NCBI GenBank assembly: GCA_050273025.1
Contig: CP158636.1
Span: 12,586,001-12,650,000, forward strand
Direction of reading: 5' to 3'
Source: Cenococcum geophilum
Taxonomy: Eukaryota
Length of the DNA stretch: 64,000 nucleotides
This document shows positions 11,601 through 24,561 of this stretch, piece after piece (the first letter of the stretch is position 1; each line of letters begins with the position of its first letter). The position numbers and the translations under genes were made by a program. Below the pieces are notes generated by a model. It searched no databases and had not been told where the DNA came from. It saw only the letters and a list, made by a program, of their open reading frames with translations.

Positions 11601-11990
11601 GTCCGCAAAGTCTTCCTTATATTACTCCTATAGGTCGTTATTTAGAAGCTTATAGTATCCGTATTTAAGGATTTTAAAATTAATATAGTTGTTAACGCCG
11701 TCCGTAAACGTAAGGTCGACTCCCTAACTCTACTTCTTTTAACCTTTACTAATTTGCTTAGTTCTATCTGCTATATTATATAGCGTAGTATATTTATATA
11801 AGCTATAGTGGGTAGTAGTAGCTTATAGCGGGTAGAGGAGGTCTTATAAAGGTCCGTAAAATCAATTAGCGGGTCTATAACAGTTTAAGAGGTTTTATAG
11901 TGGTCTGTAAAGGCAATTAACGGGTCCATAACAGTTTATAGAAGGGTAAGAGGTTTCCGTAAGGTCCGAAGAGGTTTAAGGTTTAAGGGG

Positions 11991-14900
11991 TGTTACGGCA
12001 CTGGCAGAACTTAGCAGAACTACGCACCAGCAAGTTGCCACAGATTGCCGCATATTGCGGTCACGTGACGCGAAGATCGTATATAGCTTCGAGCGGCGCT
12101 CCCCTTCTTCTCCTTTCCTTTCTTTAGCTTTAGATTCTCGTTTATAGACAATCCAATCGTATAGGCTTACGCGACCATTTTGCCGTACTTATGTCTTAAT
12201 TAACTAAGTCGCTAATATTATCTAAAGCTCACTCTACTCTTTCTTCCTGAGAAGGAACTTAAATATATCTATAAGAACACAGAATAGGACCCTAAGGACA
12301 TCACTAGGACCATAAGGACAGGACCTAAAAGAAAAGAACAGAACCCTAAGGAAAGGACCTACAAGATACGCATAGACTAGAACCCCTAAAGAAATTACCC
12401 GGAATTACCTAACACCCTTACCACCATACCACGAACTATAGCAGTAGGTAAAGCAGCTGCAGGACCCTTAAATACTTCAGACGAAGAAATAATTAATGTT
12501 TTAACCCCCTAGGCGGAGCTTGCGGCTACTAATACCGAAATTAAATAATTGCGAGAGCTGCTTAAAGCCAGAGATACCCCTGTATCTAATAATAAGTTAT
12601 TATTAGACAACCAAAGACTTACTATAGTCCTTTAGGCCCTATCCTAGCGCCTTAGTGGATCCACTAAGGCCTATATAGCACTAAAGCGGTTAGCAAAGGT
12701 TGCGGACCCCCTACTACTTACAGACAGAACCGACCCTATATTTAACAATTGGAAGCTCCAATTATAGGATAAGCTTGAAGTTAATATAGACCACTTCCCT
12801 AACGCCCGAGCCAGAATAGCCTATATCTTTGGCCGTACTAGCGGAGACGCCTAGACGCATTTACGCCCGCGATACACTAAAGACTTAGCAGACCCCTTTA
12901 TCTCTAAAGAAGAAATAATTAAATACTTGTCTTCTATTTATAAGGACCCTTTTAAAGTATAAAACGCCCGCCTTAGTTATAAAAGCCTAAATATAAAAAT
13001 AACGGAGACCTTTTTGGCCTTTTAAACCCGCTTTCTATACCTGGCCGGATAGGCCCAGATCCCCTAGGAAGACCTGCTGCTAGACCTCTTTAATAAGCTT
13101 ACCCTGGACCTATAGCGGGCCGTATTACCAGCTTATACTACGGCATAGACGTTAAAGGAACTTACGGACTATTGCCTAGCTATTAACTAAGGCCTCCGTT
13201 AAATTAAGGCACGCGCTAACTGGCTAAAAACTAGAAACCTTGCAAACCAGGCCGCAAGTACTACAAGTACGGCCCGTAGTGCCCCGGCACGATTAGCAAC
13301 TCCTATAGCTAACTCGGCAGCTAGCCGCGTAGCTACCCCTACTACGGGCCTAGTGTATACCCGGCCTATATATAGCGACCCCCGTATATAGGCCCTTAGT
13401 AATTAAGGAGCTTACTTCTCGTGCGGTTAAATAGGCTACCCTGTAAGGAACTACCTAACAAAGGTAAGGATAAATAAGGTCCTATTAATTTAGGAGGACA
13501 GTACGGAGCTGGAAAAAGAGGAACTCTAGAGGAAGACTCCTCTCTAGGGTTAAAAGGGATTGATATATTACATATTAATCTAGGTCGGCTAGTTAGTAGA
13601 AGAAGCTGCACTATCCCTTATACTTTATTTTATAATAGATATTAAGTTTTAACCTCTACTTTAGCTGACTTAGGAGTAAATGCCTTTACCTTAATTAACA
13701 CAAAGTGCGCTATAAAACTGGCTAACTTTTTAAATGCACCCCTTAAAGAACTGCCCAAACTAATCCCTATTTGCGGTTATAACGGACGGATAGGGCTACC
13801 TATTATAACTATCTTACGGATCTACCTCCGCGTTAACGAATAAAGGTAGTATAATATCCCCTTTCTTATCACGGACTTAGGAAGCCACAATATGATCTTA
13901 GAAAGAAAATGGCTAGCCTATTTAGGCTTACAGCTTAAAGTACGGAGTAGACGGCTTATCTAGCCCGAAACTCTACCCCTAACCCCTTCCTTTATAAAAG
14001 AAATCAGCATTATAATGGAAAACCTTATACGGCCCTAGATTAATACTATTTACTAGGCCGATGCTATGCGTAGAGACCAGGCCTTTAAGAAGGACGTATA
14101 GCTTAACCCGTAACGGATCCGTATACTACACCGCCCCTAGACTACCTATATCACGCTACCTATACTAAAGATCTAGGAAGTCGGTAGTAACCTAGCTAAG
14201 TTCCCTATGGAGAACCCTATAAAGCTATAAAGGAAAGCTAGGGATATTAGACGCTATACTAAACTAATAGATAGGAAGGACAACTTATGGAAAATAGAAT
14301 GTGAGCTAAGGAAGACTATAAACCCTATACCGTAAACTACGGCCCAACGGACGCCAAAGAAACCCATAGACCTCCTACCAGTTAATGTCTACTATATTGG
14401 CGCTATAGGATTCTACTAGAACCTGGTTTAGCCTAATACCGTTGCCTTTACGACTAGCCTATATAAAATTAACCAAATAATTAAGGAAAAGGAAAGCAAG
14501 CTTAGCGGATAGGAAAGTGGGCTTATAGATGAAGAACTAGTGGAGCAAAAACTACCCAATTAACACCGGAAATTCAAGGACATATTCTCTAAGGCAGCGT
14601 CTAACATGCTTCTACCCTACTAACTATATAACTATAAGATTAAGATTAAGCAAGACAAGGGAAGCACCCTTAGCTTTAGCCCTCTCTACCTATAGTCTAT
14701 TGCCGAATTATAGGCCATAAAGCAGTACCTTATTAATAACCTAAATAAGGGCTTTATCGAGCCTAGCTAAGCCCCTTTTAACTCACCTATTCTCTTTATT
14801 AAAAAGCTAAATAGAGGACTATGCTTCTGCATTAACTACCGTAAGCTAAATAATATAACCCGTAAGGACTGCTACCCGCTACCCTTACTTAATAAGACTC

Positions 14901-17900
14901 TTACCCAAATAAGTAGAGCTAAGGTTTTTATAAAGCTTAATATCCGCTAGGCCTTTTACCGAATTAGGATAGACCCTAGGTTTAAGGATCTTACTATATT
15001 CCGGACCTATTACGGGACGTATAAATATAAGGTACTTCCTTTTAGACTAACCAACGGACTAGCTACGTACTAGCGGTATATAAATAATATACTCTTTAAC
15101 TACCTTAACAACTTCTATACGGCCTATTTAGATAATATTATAATCTATTTAGAGAACGAACTGGAATATAAGGAGCATGTCTATAAAGTCCTATAACGGC
15201 TCCGCGAAGCTAGCCTCTAGGCCGATATTAAGAAGTTAGAATTTAGTGTTAAGCGTATAAAGTACCTAGGTTTTATTATTAGTATAGACGGAATTAAGGC
15301 CGACCTAGAGAAAACGACCGCAATTAACTAGTAGACGCCCCCTTGGACCGTAAAGGGGGTACAATCGTTTTTAGGTTTCTGTAACTTCTACTAACGCTTT
15401 ATTAAGAACTATAGCAGGATCGCCTAGCCTCTTAACCGCCTTACTAGGAAAGACCAGCCCTTTTACTTTAACGCCATATATATGCAGGCCTTTAATAAGC
15501 TTAAAAAACGGCTAGTGTTGGCCCCCCTACTTGCCCACTTTAACCTAGAACGGCCCTTAATGCTAGAAACTGATGCCTTAGACGGCGTAATAGCCGGTAT
15601 TTTTTCCTAGAAGCAACTGGACGGAGAATGGTACCCTATCGCATACTATTTAAAGACTATAATAGATGCTGAACTAAACTACCATATCTATAATAAAGAA
15701 ATGCTAGCTATTATCTCTAGCTTTTAGTACTGGCGTGCATAGCTAGAGGGGACCCCTAAACCTATTAAAGTAGTATTAGATTATAAGGCCCTAGAATACT
15801 TCATAACAACTAAGGCCCTTACGGCCCAGTAGGCACGCTAGGCAGAGGTCCTATCTTAGTTTAACTTCTTAATTATATATAGACCAGGCGCTGCAAACCG
15901 TGCGGATACTCTTACTAGGCGTAAATAAGACCTAGGTGACTATATGGCTGCGAAGATCTTATTACGGACCTAGACGCTACTACGACTAGAGCACCTTAAC
16001 CCCTAAATATAGGCAGAACTAAGTACAGACCCCTTAGGCGCCGAGATGTATCCTATTAACCCTTTAGGACTTGACTTAATTAACAAATTGCTGTAAATAA
16101 ACTATACGGCCCCTTCTCTACAGGAGTACCGTAAAAAGGCAAAGAACGTTACCAGCCCATAGTCCCTTAAAAATGGATTACTTAAGCATTAGGAATGGCT
16201 GGTAGTGGTAAAGAAACAGAACTTACGGACTTAGCTTATTGCTAAAGTATATACCTAAGTCTCTACGGCTTACCCCAGAAAGAATAAGACCCGCAGGATT
16301 ATTGGTAACCGCTACTACTAGCCCGGAATGGTTATAGATATTAACCGCTATATACGGAACTGCAACAACTACTATAGGTCTATAATCCTACGAGATAAGA
16401 CCTTAGGACTATTAAAACCCCTCCTAATACCCAACCGCCCCTGGTAATATATCTCTATAGACTTTTATAAGCTACCTCTAAACCGTAACGGATATAATAT
16501 AGTTATAATCCTAGTTAACCGCTTTGGCAAGCGCCCGTTCTTAATTCCCTATCATAAGAATATTAATGCTAAAGAGGCAGCCTAACTGTATATCCACTAC
16601 GTCTACCAAATTTACGGACTACCAAATACTATTATATCTAACTACGGGCCACAGTTTATATTAGCCTTTTAGAATAAGTTTACCTAGATTCTAGGTATTA
16701 AGCTAAAGCTTTCTACGGCATATTACCCCTAGATAAACGGTTAAACGGAGATTATAAATTAATACTTGGACTAAAGACTCTGGCCTTTTGTTAACTACTT
16801 CTAGGATAACTGGGCTAAACTGTTACCCTTAATAAACTACGCCCAAGCAACCCTACCCCACGACTCTACCGGATTTGCCCCTATTTAACTAGAAATGGGT
16901 TACCTACCCCGTATAAGCTTTAACTAGAAAAGACTAGAAAGGCCCTAGACCGTACGCGAAAAACTATCTTATAAGGAAGCCTAGCAGTACGCTAAGCGCT
17001 TAGAAGAAGCCTAGAAAGTAGCCCATATAAACCTAAAAAAGGCCTAAAAATTAATAAAACAGCAGGTAAATAAGCATAGGCGCGAGCCTAACTTTACTGT
17101 AGGCGATATAGTCTAGGTTATAATAAAGAACTAGAAGATAGAACGGCCTAGCCGTAAGCTAGACTATAAGATAGTAGGACCGTATAAGATTCTTAACAAA
17201 GTAGGCAACTTATATAAGGTTAAGCTCCCAGACTCAATTAAAGTCCACCCTATCTTTTTATTAGATAAGCTACGAAAAGCTATAAATAACTTACTACCCG
17301 GATAAAAAAATAAACCTCCCCTGCTAATTTAAGTTAACGACAATAATAAATAGAAAATTAAAGAAATACTAGCCTATAAACTTATAAAGGGAACGTTAAA
17401 GTATTATATTAGTTAGAAAGGATATAACCCAGACCCCACTTAGTACCCTATATAGAACTTTATAGGTAGCCCCTATAAGCTTTAGGAGTTCCATAGCCGT
17501 TACCCTAACAAACCCAGACCGCTAAAGTACCTAGATAAGTAAATAGAATGCTAGCATAACAAAGATGATAAGCTACTAGAAGAACATAAGGACAAAAACG
17601 CCCTAGAAATTTCTTAGTTATATAAGGTGTTAAGATATCTAGGAACTTTAACCAGCGGTTAAAGTTGTCTAATTAGTTAGATTCTCTTGCTAAGACTTTT
17701 AGCGGCAAAGCCTAAGGGCAGGCTTTTTTGGAGGGGGGGGTAATATTACGGCACTGGCAGAACTTGGCAGAACTACGCACCAGCAAGTTGCTACAGATTG
17801 CCGCATATTGCGGTCACGTGACGCGAAGATCGTATATAGCTTCGAGCGGCGCTCCCCTTCTTCTCCTTTCCTTTCTTTAGCTTTAGATTCTCGTTTATAG

Positions 17901-17970
17901 ACAATCCAATCGTACAGGCTTGCGCGACCATTTTGCCGTACTTATATCTTGATTGACTAAGTCGCTAACA
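11991..17970 (+). mobile_element. Full-length chromoviral Ty3/gypsy (gypsy A); LTRs 11991-12217 and 17744-17970
   Basis: 227-bp LTRs TGTTACGG...GCTAACA; TSD AGGGG; polypurine tract GAGGGGGGGG at 17731-17740. Confidence 0.95.
12437..17615 (+). pseudogene. Gypsy A gag and pol (PR, RT, RNase H, IN, chromodomain), RIP-inactivated
   Basis: RT LCFCINYRKLN (~14820) and AYLDNIIIY (~15122); RNase H LETDALDG (~15563); chromodomain-like EILAYKL..GTLKYYIS*KGY..DPT*YP (~17360-17450); many TAA/TAG stops. Confidence 0.9.
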
Positions 17971-19828
17971 AGGGGGTTAAGAATAGGGGGTTCCGTAAAG
18001 GTCTATATTTGCGTTTATAAACTTTTAATAAACTATACTAAGACTTAAATAAGTATATAGAGTTGGTAATAGGTCTATAATCCCTAACTTCTAACCTTCT
18101 AGTAGGTTGTACTAGGAGTTTAAACGGGTGGTCGCTATTATATATTGCTTGGTAAGAGGTGTTAAGTAATTGCTAATCTGTGCGCGCTTACTAATTAGTA
18201 ATTATATTAATTTAATAATACAATTAAGTTATATCTAGGGGCATAAAATATATATAGTATTATATACTCTTTTAGATAAATAGTAACTCTTAATTCTATT
18301 AAGGTAGACTACGTAGTCTATATACTAACGCGCCTCCCCCTAATTAGTCAGCACCTAAGTAGTTAGTGCACTAAACGCGTAACTACGCGTTTGGTATATT
18401 ACGTGCTATAATTATATACTATAGAAGGTTTTTTTATACCTATTAGACTTTGGCATCTTATAAAGGGGTTTCTTAGTTTATACAGTAGATAACAACCTCC
18501 TTAGGTCTCTTACCGCTTAGTCTTAGGGGTAAAAAACTAGGCAAAAAGCCTTGCTAGTTTTTACTATCCTTCTACGCCCTTTCTCCTTACTAATCTTACT
18601 AGAAGATTTCTAGGGAGGTTAGGCTAAAAGGTAGTAGAAAAACCGGCTAAAAAAGACTAGTATAGTTATTTTCTTTTTCTATTAAAAGTAGAAAAAACTA
18701 CTAAAAAAAGAACTTGTTAGGCTTTTATTAGCAGAAAAGCCCTAAAGGCAATCCTCCTCTTACTAAAGAAAATCTAACTAAAGGAGATATAGAAAAGTAC
18801 CTACCCCTTCTATTTTACTAGGCTTTTACTTTCTATAGAAGAAAAACCTAGGAAAAGTCTATATTTTGGTGTTTTAGTATTCCTACCCTTGCCTTACTTA
18901 CGAGCTAGGACCACCCCTTTAAAGAATTTCCTTTTAGAAAAGGGGGTAAAAAAGGTAAAAAAAATCCACCTTTAGCTCGCTAGGCAGTGGGAATTGGGTC
19001 TTAGAAGTTGGAAAATCGGTTGTTTTTAATGGTAAGATGGGTATTCGTAAGTTTCAAAGTGTGGCGCTACTTTTTAGTAAGGTTGCATGTATAGTAAAAG
19101 GTGCCTTTTTAATCTCCATTTATAATACAGAGATAGTTAAATATAGAGATAATATTAAGCTTTATATAGAAGTAAGCCTTATTTAGTTAATTTAGCGTTT
19201 CTTATATTAACGGGATTAGATATTAGTTTTTAACGGTAATAGTATTAAAAGTTTAGTAGTCTATATAAAAGTATAGTCCGCTACTTAGTTTTTTAATAAA
19301 GATTACTAATACGGCTATAGGTAAAGAGCTTACTCTAATAAATTCTTTACTTAGGTTCTTATCTAGGTACTTTTATAGTATTTAGAGTTTATTTTAGAAT
19401 ATCCTATATAGGGGTCTAAATCTAGGCTGCTTTCTTTCTTTAAATATAATCTTATAATTATATAGTCGGTATTCCAGTAGCTTATTAGCTTCCTTTTATA
19501 AAAATACCTTTAAGTATTATAGTACTAGTAGAAACTGGTAGATTGTAGCTAATATATATTAGTGGATTATAGCAGATAGTTATAAACAGTCGCAAATAGT
19601 TATAGATAGTTGTAGATAGTTATAGACAGTTTTATATAGTTCTAGATAGTTACTATTATGTAATTAGAGGATTATATATAACGTTAAGCGGCGCTACCCT
19701 CTATCTCCTTTTCTTTCTTTAGCTTTAGATCTTTGTTTATAGACTACTAATTATATAGGCTTACGCGTCCCTCTTACTATACTTATGCCTTAATTAACTA
19801 AGTCGCTAATATTATCTAAAGCTTAACT

Positions 19829-19986
19829 TGTAAAGGCTCAGTCAAAAGAACAAGAATCTATTGGTAGCCAGTGAACGAGAATTCCAAGACGAGGTCTGGA
19901 AGAAGGTCGAGGAAAGGACACGTCTATATACATGGCGCTAAGGCTCGGCCGAGCCCCTGACTAGGGTTTGTATCAGTGCCGTAACA
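19829..19986 (-). mobile_element. Solo LTR, 158 bp, not visibly RIP-mutated
   Basis: TG...CA ends with AACT on both sides. The minus strand starts TGTTACGGCACTG like the gypsy A LTR. Absent from the matching site of gypsy A. Confidence 0.8.
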
Positions 19987-22507
19987 AACTGCCTCTTCTT
20001 CCTAAGAAGGAACTTAAAAATATCTATAGACTATAAATAAGAATAAAATATAGAAGTAGACCTAAAGAATATTACTAGAACTTAAAGAATAAAATAGAAT
20101 TAAAATAATAGAAAAAAATAATAAGATTTATAAAATACGTATAGACTAGAACCCCTACAAAATTCTATTAAAAGTTACCCTAATAACTATACTACAATGC
20201 TAAGAAATATAGTAGCCGATAAAGCAGCTATAGGACCCTTAAATACCTCTAATGGTAAAATAGTAACTAACTTAAACTTTTAGGTAGAGCTTGTAGTAGC
20301 TAATGCCGAAATTAAATGACTTTAAGAGCTACTTAAAGCTAGAGAACCCCCTATACCTAGTAAAGAGTTATTAAATACCTAGAGATTTGCTATAGTCCTT
20401 AAGGCTCTAGCCTAATATATAGTATTAGTATTATTGCGGTCCGTAAAGGTTGCGGACCCCCTATTGCTTATAGATAGAACCGACCCTATATTTAATAATT
20501 AGAAGCTTTAATTATAGGATAAGCTTAAAGTTAATATAGACTACTTTCCTATTACTTAGGCTAAAATAGCCTATGTCTTCGGCCGTACTAGTAGGGATGT
20601 ATAGATATACCTATGTCCTTAGTATGCATAGGACTTAGTAAATCCCTTCCTCTCTAAAGAAGAGATAATTATCTACCTATTTTCTATTTATAAGGACCCC
20701 TTTAAAGTATAAAACGCCCAACTTAATTATAAAAGCCTAAATATAAAAACGACAGAGACCTTCTTAGCCTTTTAGACCCGCTTTTTATACCTAGTTAGCT
20801 AGGCTTAAATTCCCTAAGAAGATTTAATGCCAGACCTATTTAATAAGCTTACCCTAGACCTATAGCGAGCTATACTACTAGTTTTTACTACTATATAGAC
20901 GCTAAAGGAACTTATAAACTAGTGCTTAGCTATTAACTAAGGCCTTTACTAAATTAAGGTACGCGCTAAACGGTATAAAGCTAGAAACCCTTTAAATTAG
21001 ACTATAAGCAATATAAGAACGGCCTATAATGCCTTAGCACGATTAGCAACCCCTATAGCACTGCCTATATAGCCCGCCGCTAATTTAACAGCTAGCTATA
21101 TAGCTAGTCCTACTATAGGTTTAGTAAATACTCAGCCTATATATAGTAACCCCTATATATAGGCCCTTAGTAATTAGGGAGCTTGCTTTTCTTATAGTTA
21201 GAAAGGTTACTATATAAAGGATTGCTTAATAGGCGTAAAAGCGGATAAGGTTTTATTAATCTAGGAGGATAGCGTAAAGTTAGAAAAAGAGGAACCTTAG
21301 AGGAAGACTCCTCTTTAGGGTTAAAAGGGATTAATATATTAGATGTTAATCTAGGTTAGCTAGTTAATAAAAAAAGCTGCACTATCCCTTATACTTTATT
21401 TTATAATAGATACTAAGTTTTAACCTTTACTTTAGCTAACTCTAGAGTAAATACCTTTACCTTAATAGATACCTAGTATACTATAAAGCTGGCTAACTTT
21501 CTAAATATACCTATTAAAGAACTGCCTAAACTAATTTTTATCCGCGGGTATAACGGGCAGATAGGGCTACCTATTATAACTATCTTGCGGATTTACCTTT
21601 ATATTAATAGATAAAGGTAGTATAATATCCCCTTCCTTATTATAGACCTAGGTAGCTATAATATAATCTTAGGGTAAAAATAGCTAGCCTATTTAGGCTT
21701 ATAGCTTAATATATAGAGTAGACAGCTTATCTAGCCCAAAATCCTACCTATAACCCCTTTCTTTATAAAAGAAATTAGTATTATAATAGAAAACCTTATA
21801 CAGCCCTAGATTAATACTATTTACTAGGCTAATGCTATATGTAAAGACTAGGCTTTTAAGAAAGATATATAGCTTAATTTGCAACGGATTTATATACTAT
21901 ATCGCCCCTAGACTACCTATATTACGCCACCCGTATTAAAAACCTAGGAAGTTAGTAATAACCTAAAAAAGCCCTCTATAGAGAGCTTAGGCCCTATATA
22001 GCTACGAAGAACAGTAAAGGATGTTAGATATTATACTAAACCAATAGATTAGAGGTATAATCTGCGGAAAATAGAATAGGAGCTAAGAAAGATTATAAAC
22101 CCTAAACTGTAAAATACGGTTTAAAAAATAGCTATAAGGAAACTAGCAGACCTCCTACTAGTTAATATTTACTATATTAGTACTATAGGATTTTACCAGA
22201 ACTTAGTTTAGCCTAATACCATTACCTTTATAATGAGCTTATACGAAATTAATTAAATAATTAAGGAAAAGGGAAGTAAGCTTAGTGGATAAGAAAGTAA
22301 GCTTATAGATAAGGAACTAGTAGAATAAAAGCTACCCTATTAATACTAGAAATTTAAGGATATATTCTCTAAAGTAGCGTCTAATATACTTCTACCTTAC
22401 TAACCGTATAACTATAAGATTAAGATTAAGTAGGGTAAGGAAAATACCCTTAGCTTTAGCCCCCTTTACGAGTAGTTTACTACCGAATTATAGGCTATAA
22501 AGTAGTA

Positions 22508-24561
22508 CAGTCAAAACCCCTTATAACGATACGACTTATTTAGCCGACCGTATCGTAATACTAAGGGTATCGTTGTATTCCGTATTTGTATATAAAATGC
22601 ACCCAAAATTAAAATTAGGTAATGATATTATATATCTACGCCCGTAAAGCCGCAATTGAGCAATTGGCTACACTAAAATACGTCGTAATTAATTGCTGTT
22701 TGGTGTTCCGACCTCGTCGATTTTAAAGTCGTCGCTTATGCCTTAATAGAGTCGTAATTACATCTCTATTACAATCTTCCTACTATTCCTTATAAAGATA
22801 AAGCTTTTATAAGGCGTCAAGCGCCTTATTAAGCTTAATTTGAGGTTGCTTAATGACTTCCTTATCCGTCTCTACATCGCGGTCGGGCCCTGCGTAGAGC
22901 TCTGCTATGTGCTTAATAAGATCCTCCATTAAATCCTCTACTTCCTTACCCGGTAGCTTAATAAAATCCTAAATATTTGCTATAGTATGGATTCTTCCTA
23001 CTGCTTATAGCTCTTCTACTATTATCTACAGCTTATTAACAATAGGAGGATCTATATAACCCTAAGGGCGAGGCTGTGGGCCTATACGAGAGCCAAATAA
23101 CGTAGATTTAATAAAGTAGTTCTTAATTATCTCTGGTATAACTTCCTGCTAAGCTGCAATTATCCATCAAATCGCCCATAGGACATGCATCTGCTTAATT
23201 AGATCTTAGTTTTTAAGCGATTGCTCTACCATAAACCGCATCCAATATCTTTGGTAGAAAAGCTTAAAGTTTACAATTATCCCTTGGTTAAGAGGCTGGT
23301 ATACAGAGGTGCAATTTAGAGGGAGGAACTCGACGCGCGTATTCTTAAGAGAGCCGTTCTTAAAGATTGTTTAAACGGCTACTTTATAGGCGCTAAAGCC
23401 GTTAATTAAGAGGAGCACCTTCCTACTAGATATCCTTTTGTTAAACTAGGTAAGCCAGTTAAGCATAATAACCGTTATTATCTAGGCCTTTTTATTATAC
23501 CTCCAGATAATATCCAATAAGGTTATATTAACTTTATTAGCCGCAAAGCAACATAGCCGTTGTGCTGAGCCAATTATAAGAAGAGGAAGCTTGTTGGAGC
23601 TATTTACATTCATGCAATTTCCTAGAGAGATTCGTGCCTTCTATTTCTTTATTCCTGATTAAGCCTTAGTAGCTAATGTAGTATCTAGTATAGCCTTCCA
23701 AAATAGCCCTATCTTATCCATATTGTAAACATTATTTAGTAAATAAGGTGCGACAATTGCTCGAAGCTCTATTATGCGATCCTCCGCCCCCTCCATATTA
23801 ACTGAGGCAGCCTTACTATACTGCTTTCTCTTACGAATATTATTGCGAGATTTAAAGCCTTCTAACCAGCCAATAGACCACTTTGGCTCTGGTATGTTAG
23901 CTAATATAGGTATCCGTTGCTATAACTAAGCGGCGGCAACACGTATAAGCTCGCCAGAAATAGGAATACGAGAGTTCTGTAGGCGTTGGTGCCACTTAAA
24001 GAGAGCTTCCTCTAAAAGAGGCTATTTAGTGTCCCTCTTGCGCTCTCGCCTGCCTTGCCTATATAGTAGTTTGGCTATATTAAGGTGCTTAAACTTATCG
24101 CTAAGTATTTCTAATATTAACGATTAATTAATTTTACGACGGAAGAAGTCGGTAGCCTATTAAGCAAGCTGGTTTTGTAATAGGTGGGGGTAATTTAGGT
24201 AGTAAGTGCGTATTTTTTAGCGTTTAAAGTTAGAGAATCCATAACGGCGTTGCCTTTTAGGATTTTAATGTCTTATTATAATAAATAAGGTAGTATTAAG
24301 TATAGAGAGTAAGATCTGAGGGTTATTTTAATGGATTTAAATTGTTGTGTGGTGGGTATTAATGGCTAAACATGCGGTGAGCAAGCGTCAAATCCAACGA
24401 ATTAAAATCTGGTTATACCGATATTGGTAAGACACCTTAACGATATTACCAAAAGCCAGAATATCGTAATATTACACCAAAAAATGGGTTAATTAAGGGT
24501 ATGTATCGTAATATAGATAATATCGTTATATACCCCATATCGTCATAAGGGGTTTTGACTG
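22508..24561 (-). mobile_element. Tc1/mariner superfamily, pogo/Tigger-type DNA transposon (2054 bp)
   Basis: TIR CAGTCAAAACCCCTTATRACGATA; TA TSD (22506-22507, 24562-24563); flanks rejoin to match gypsy A ~14715-14745. Confidence 0.95.
22700..24280 (-). pseudogene. CENP-B/Abp1-like DDE transposase (N-terminal HTH, Tc5-type HTH, DDE_1), RIP-inactivated
   Basis: Translation includes NQLA**ATDFFRRKIN*S..EILS, LEEALFKWHQ, PISGELI, KWSIGWLEGFKSRNNI, VYNMDKIGLFWKA, KVLLLINGFSA and FLPLNCTSVYQPLNQGII. Confidence 0.9.

Larger units (their letters stand above)
3700..11780 (-). pseudogene. Copia gag-pol polyprotein, RIP-inactivated
   Basis: Knuckle KCFMCGKEE..S.RH (~10380-10425); PR FYGVIINIG (~9990-10020); IN VYVDIMYINGSLVLYII (~9325-9375); RT RDISQAY-like and KLLYRVPEARNHWFKTY (~4720-4880); RNase H VFIDASFTNN (~4110-4140). 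Confidence 0.85.
3180..18421 (-). mobile_element. Ty1/copia LTR retrotransposon; LTRs ~3180-3398 and ~18203-18421; interrupted at 5459-8656 and 11991-17970
   Basis: Two ~220-bp direct repeats. Domain order on the minus strand is gag, PR, IN, RT, RNase H. TSD not resolved. Confidence 0.9.
1632..19111 (-). mobile_element. Non-autonomous non-LTR retroelement encoding only a LINE ORF1 (~2.2 kb net: 1632-3179 plus ~18422-19111), interrupted by the copia element
   Basis: 10-bp TSD ATCTCCATTT at 1622-1631 and 19112-19121. Short (TAAA)n 3' tail. ORF1 remnant present; no endonuclease or RT between ORF1 and the tail. Confidence 0.75.
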
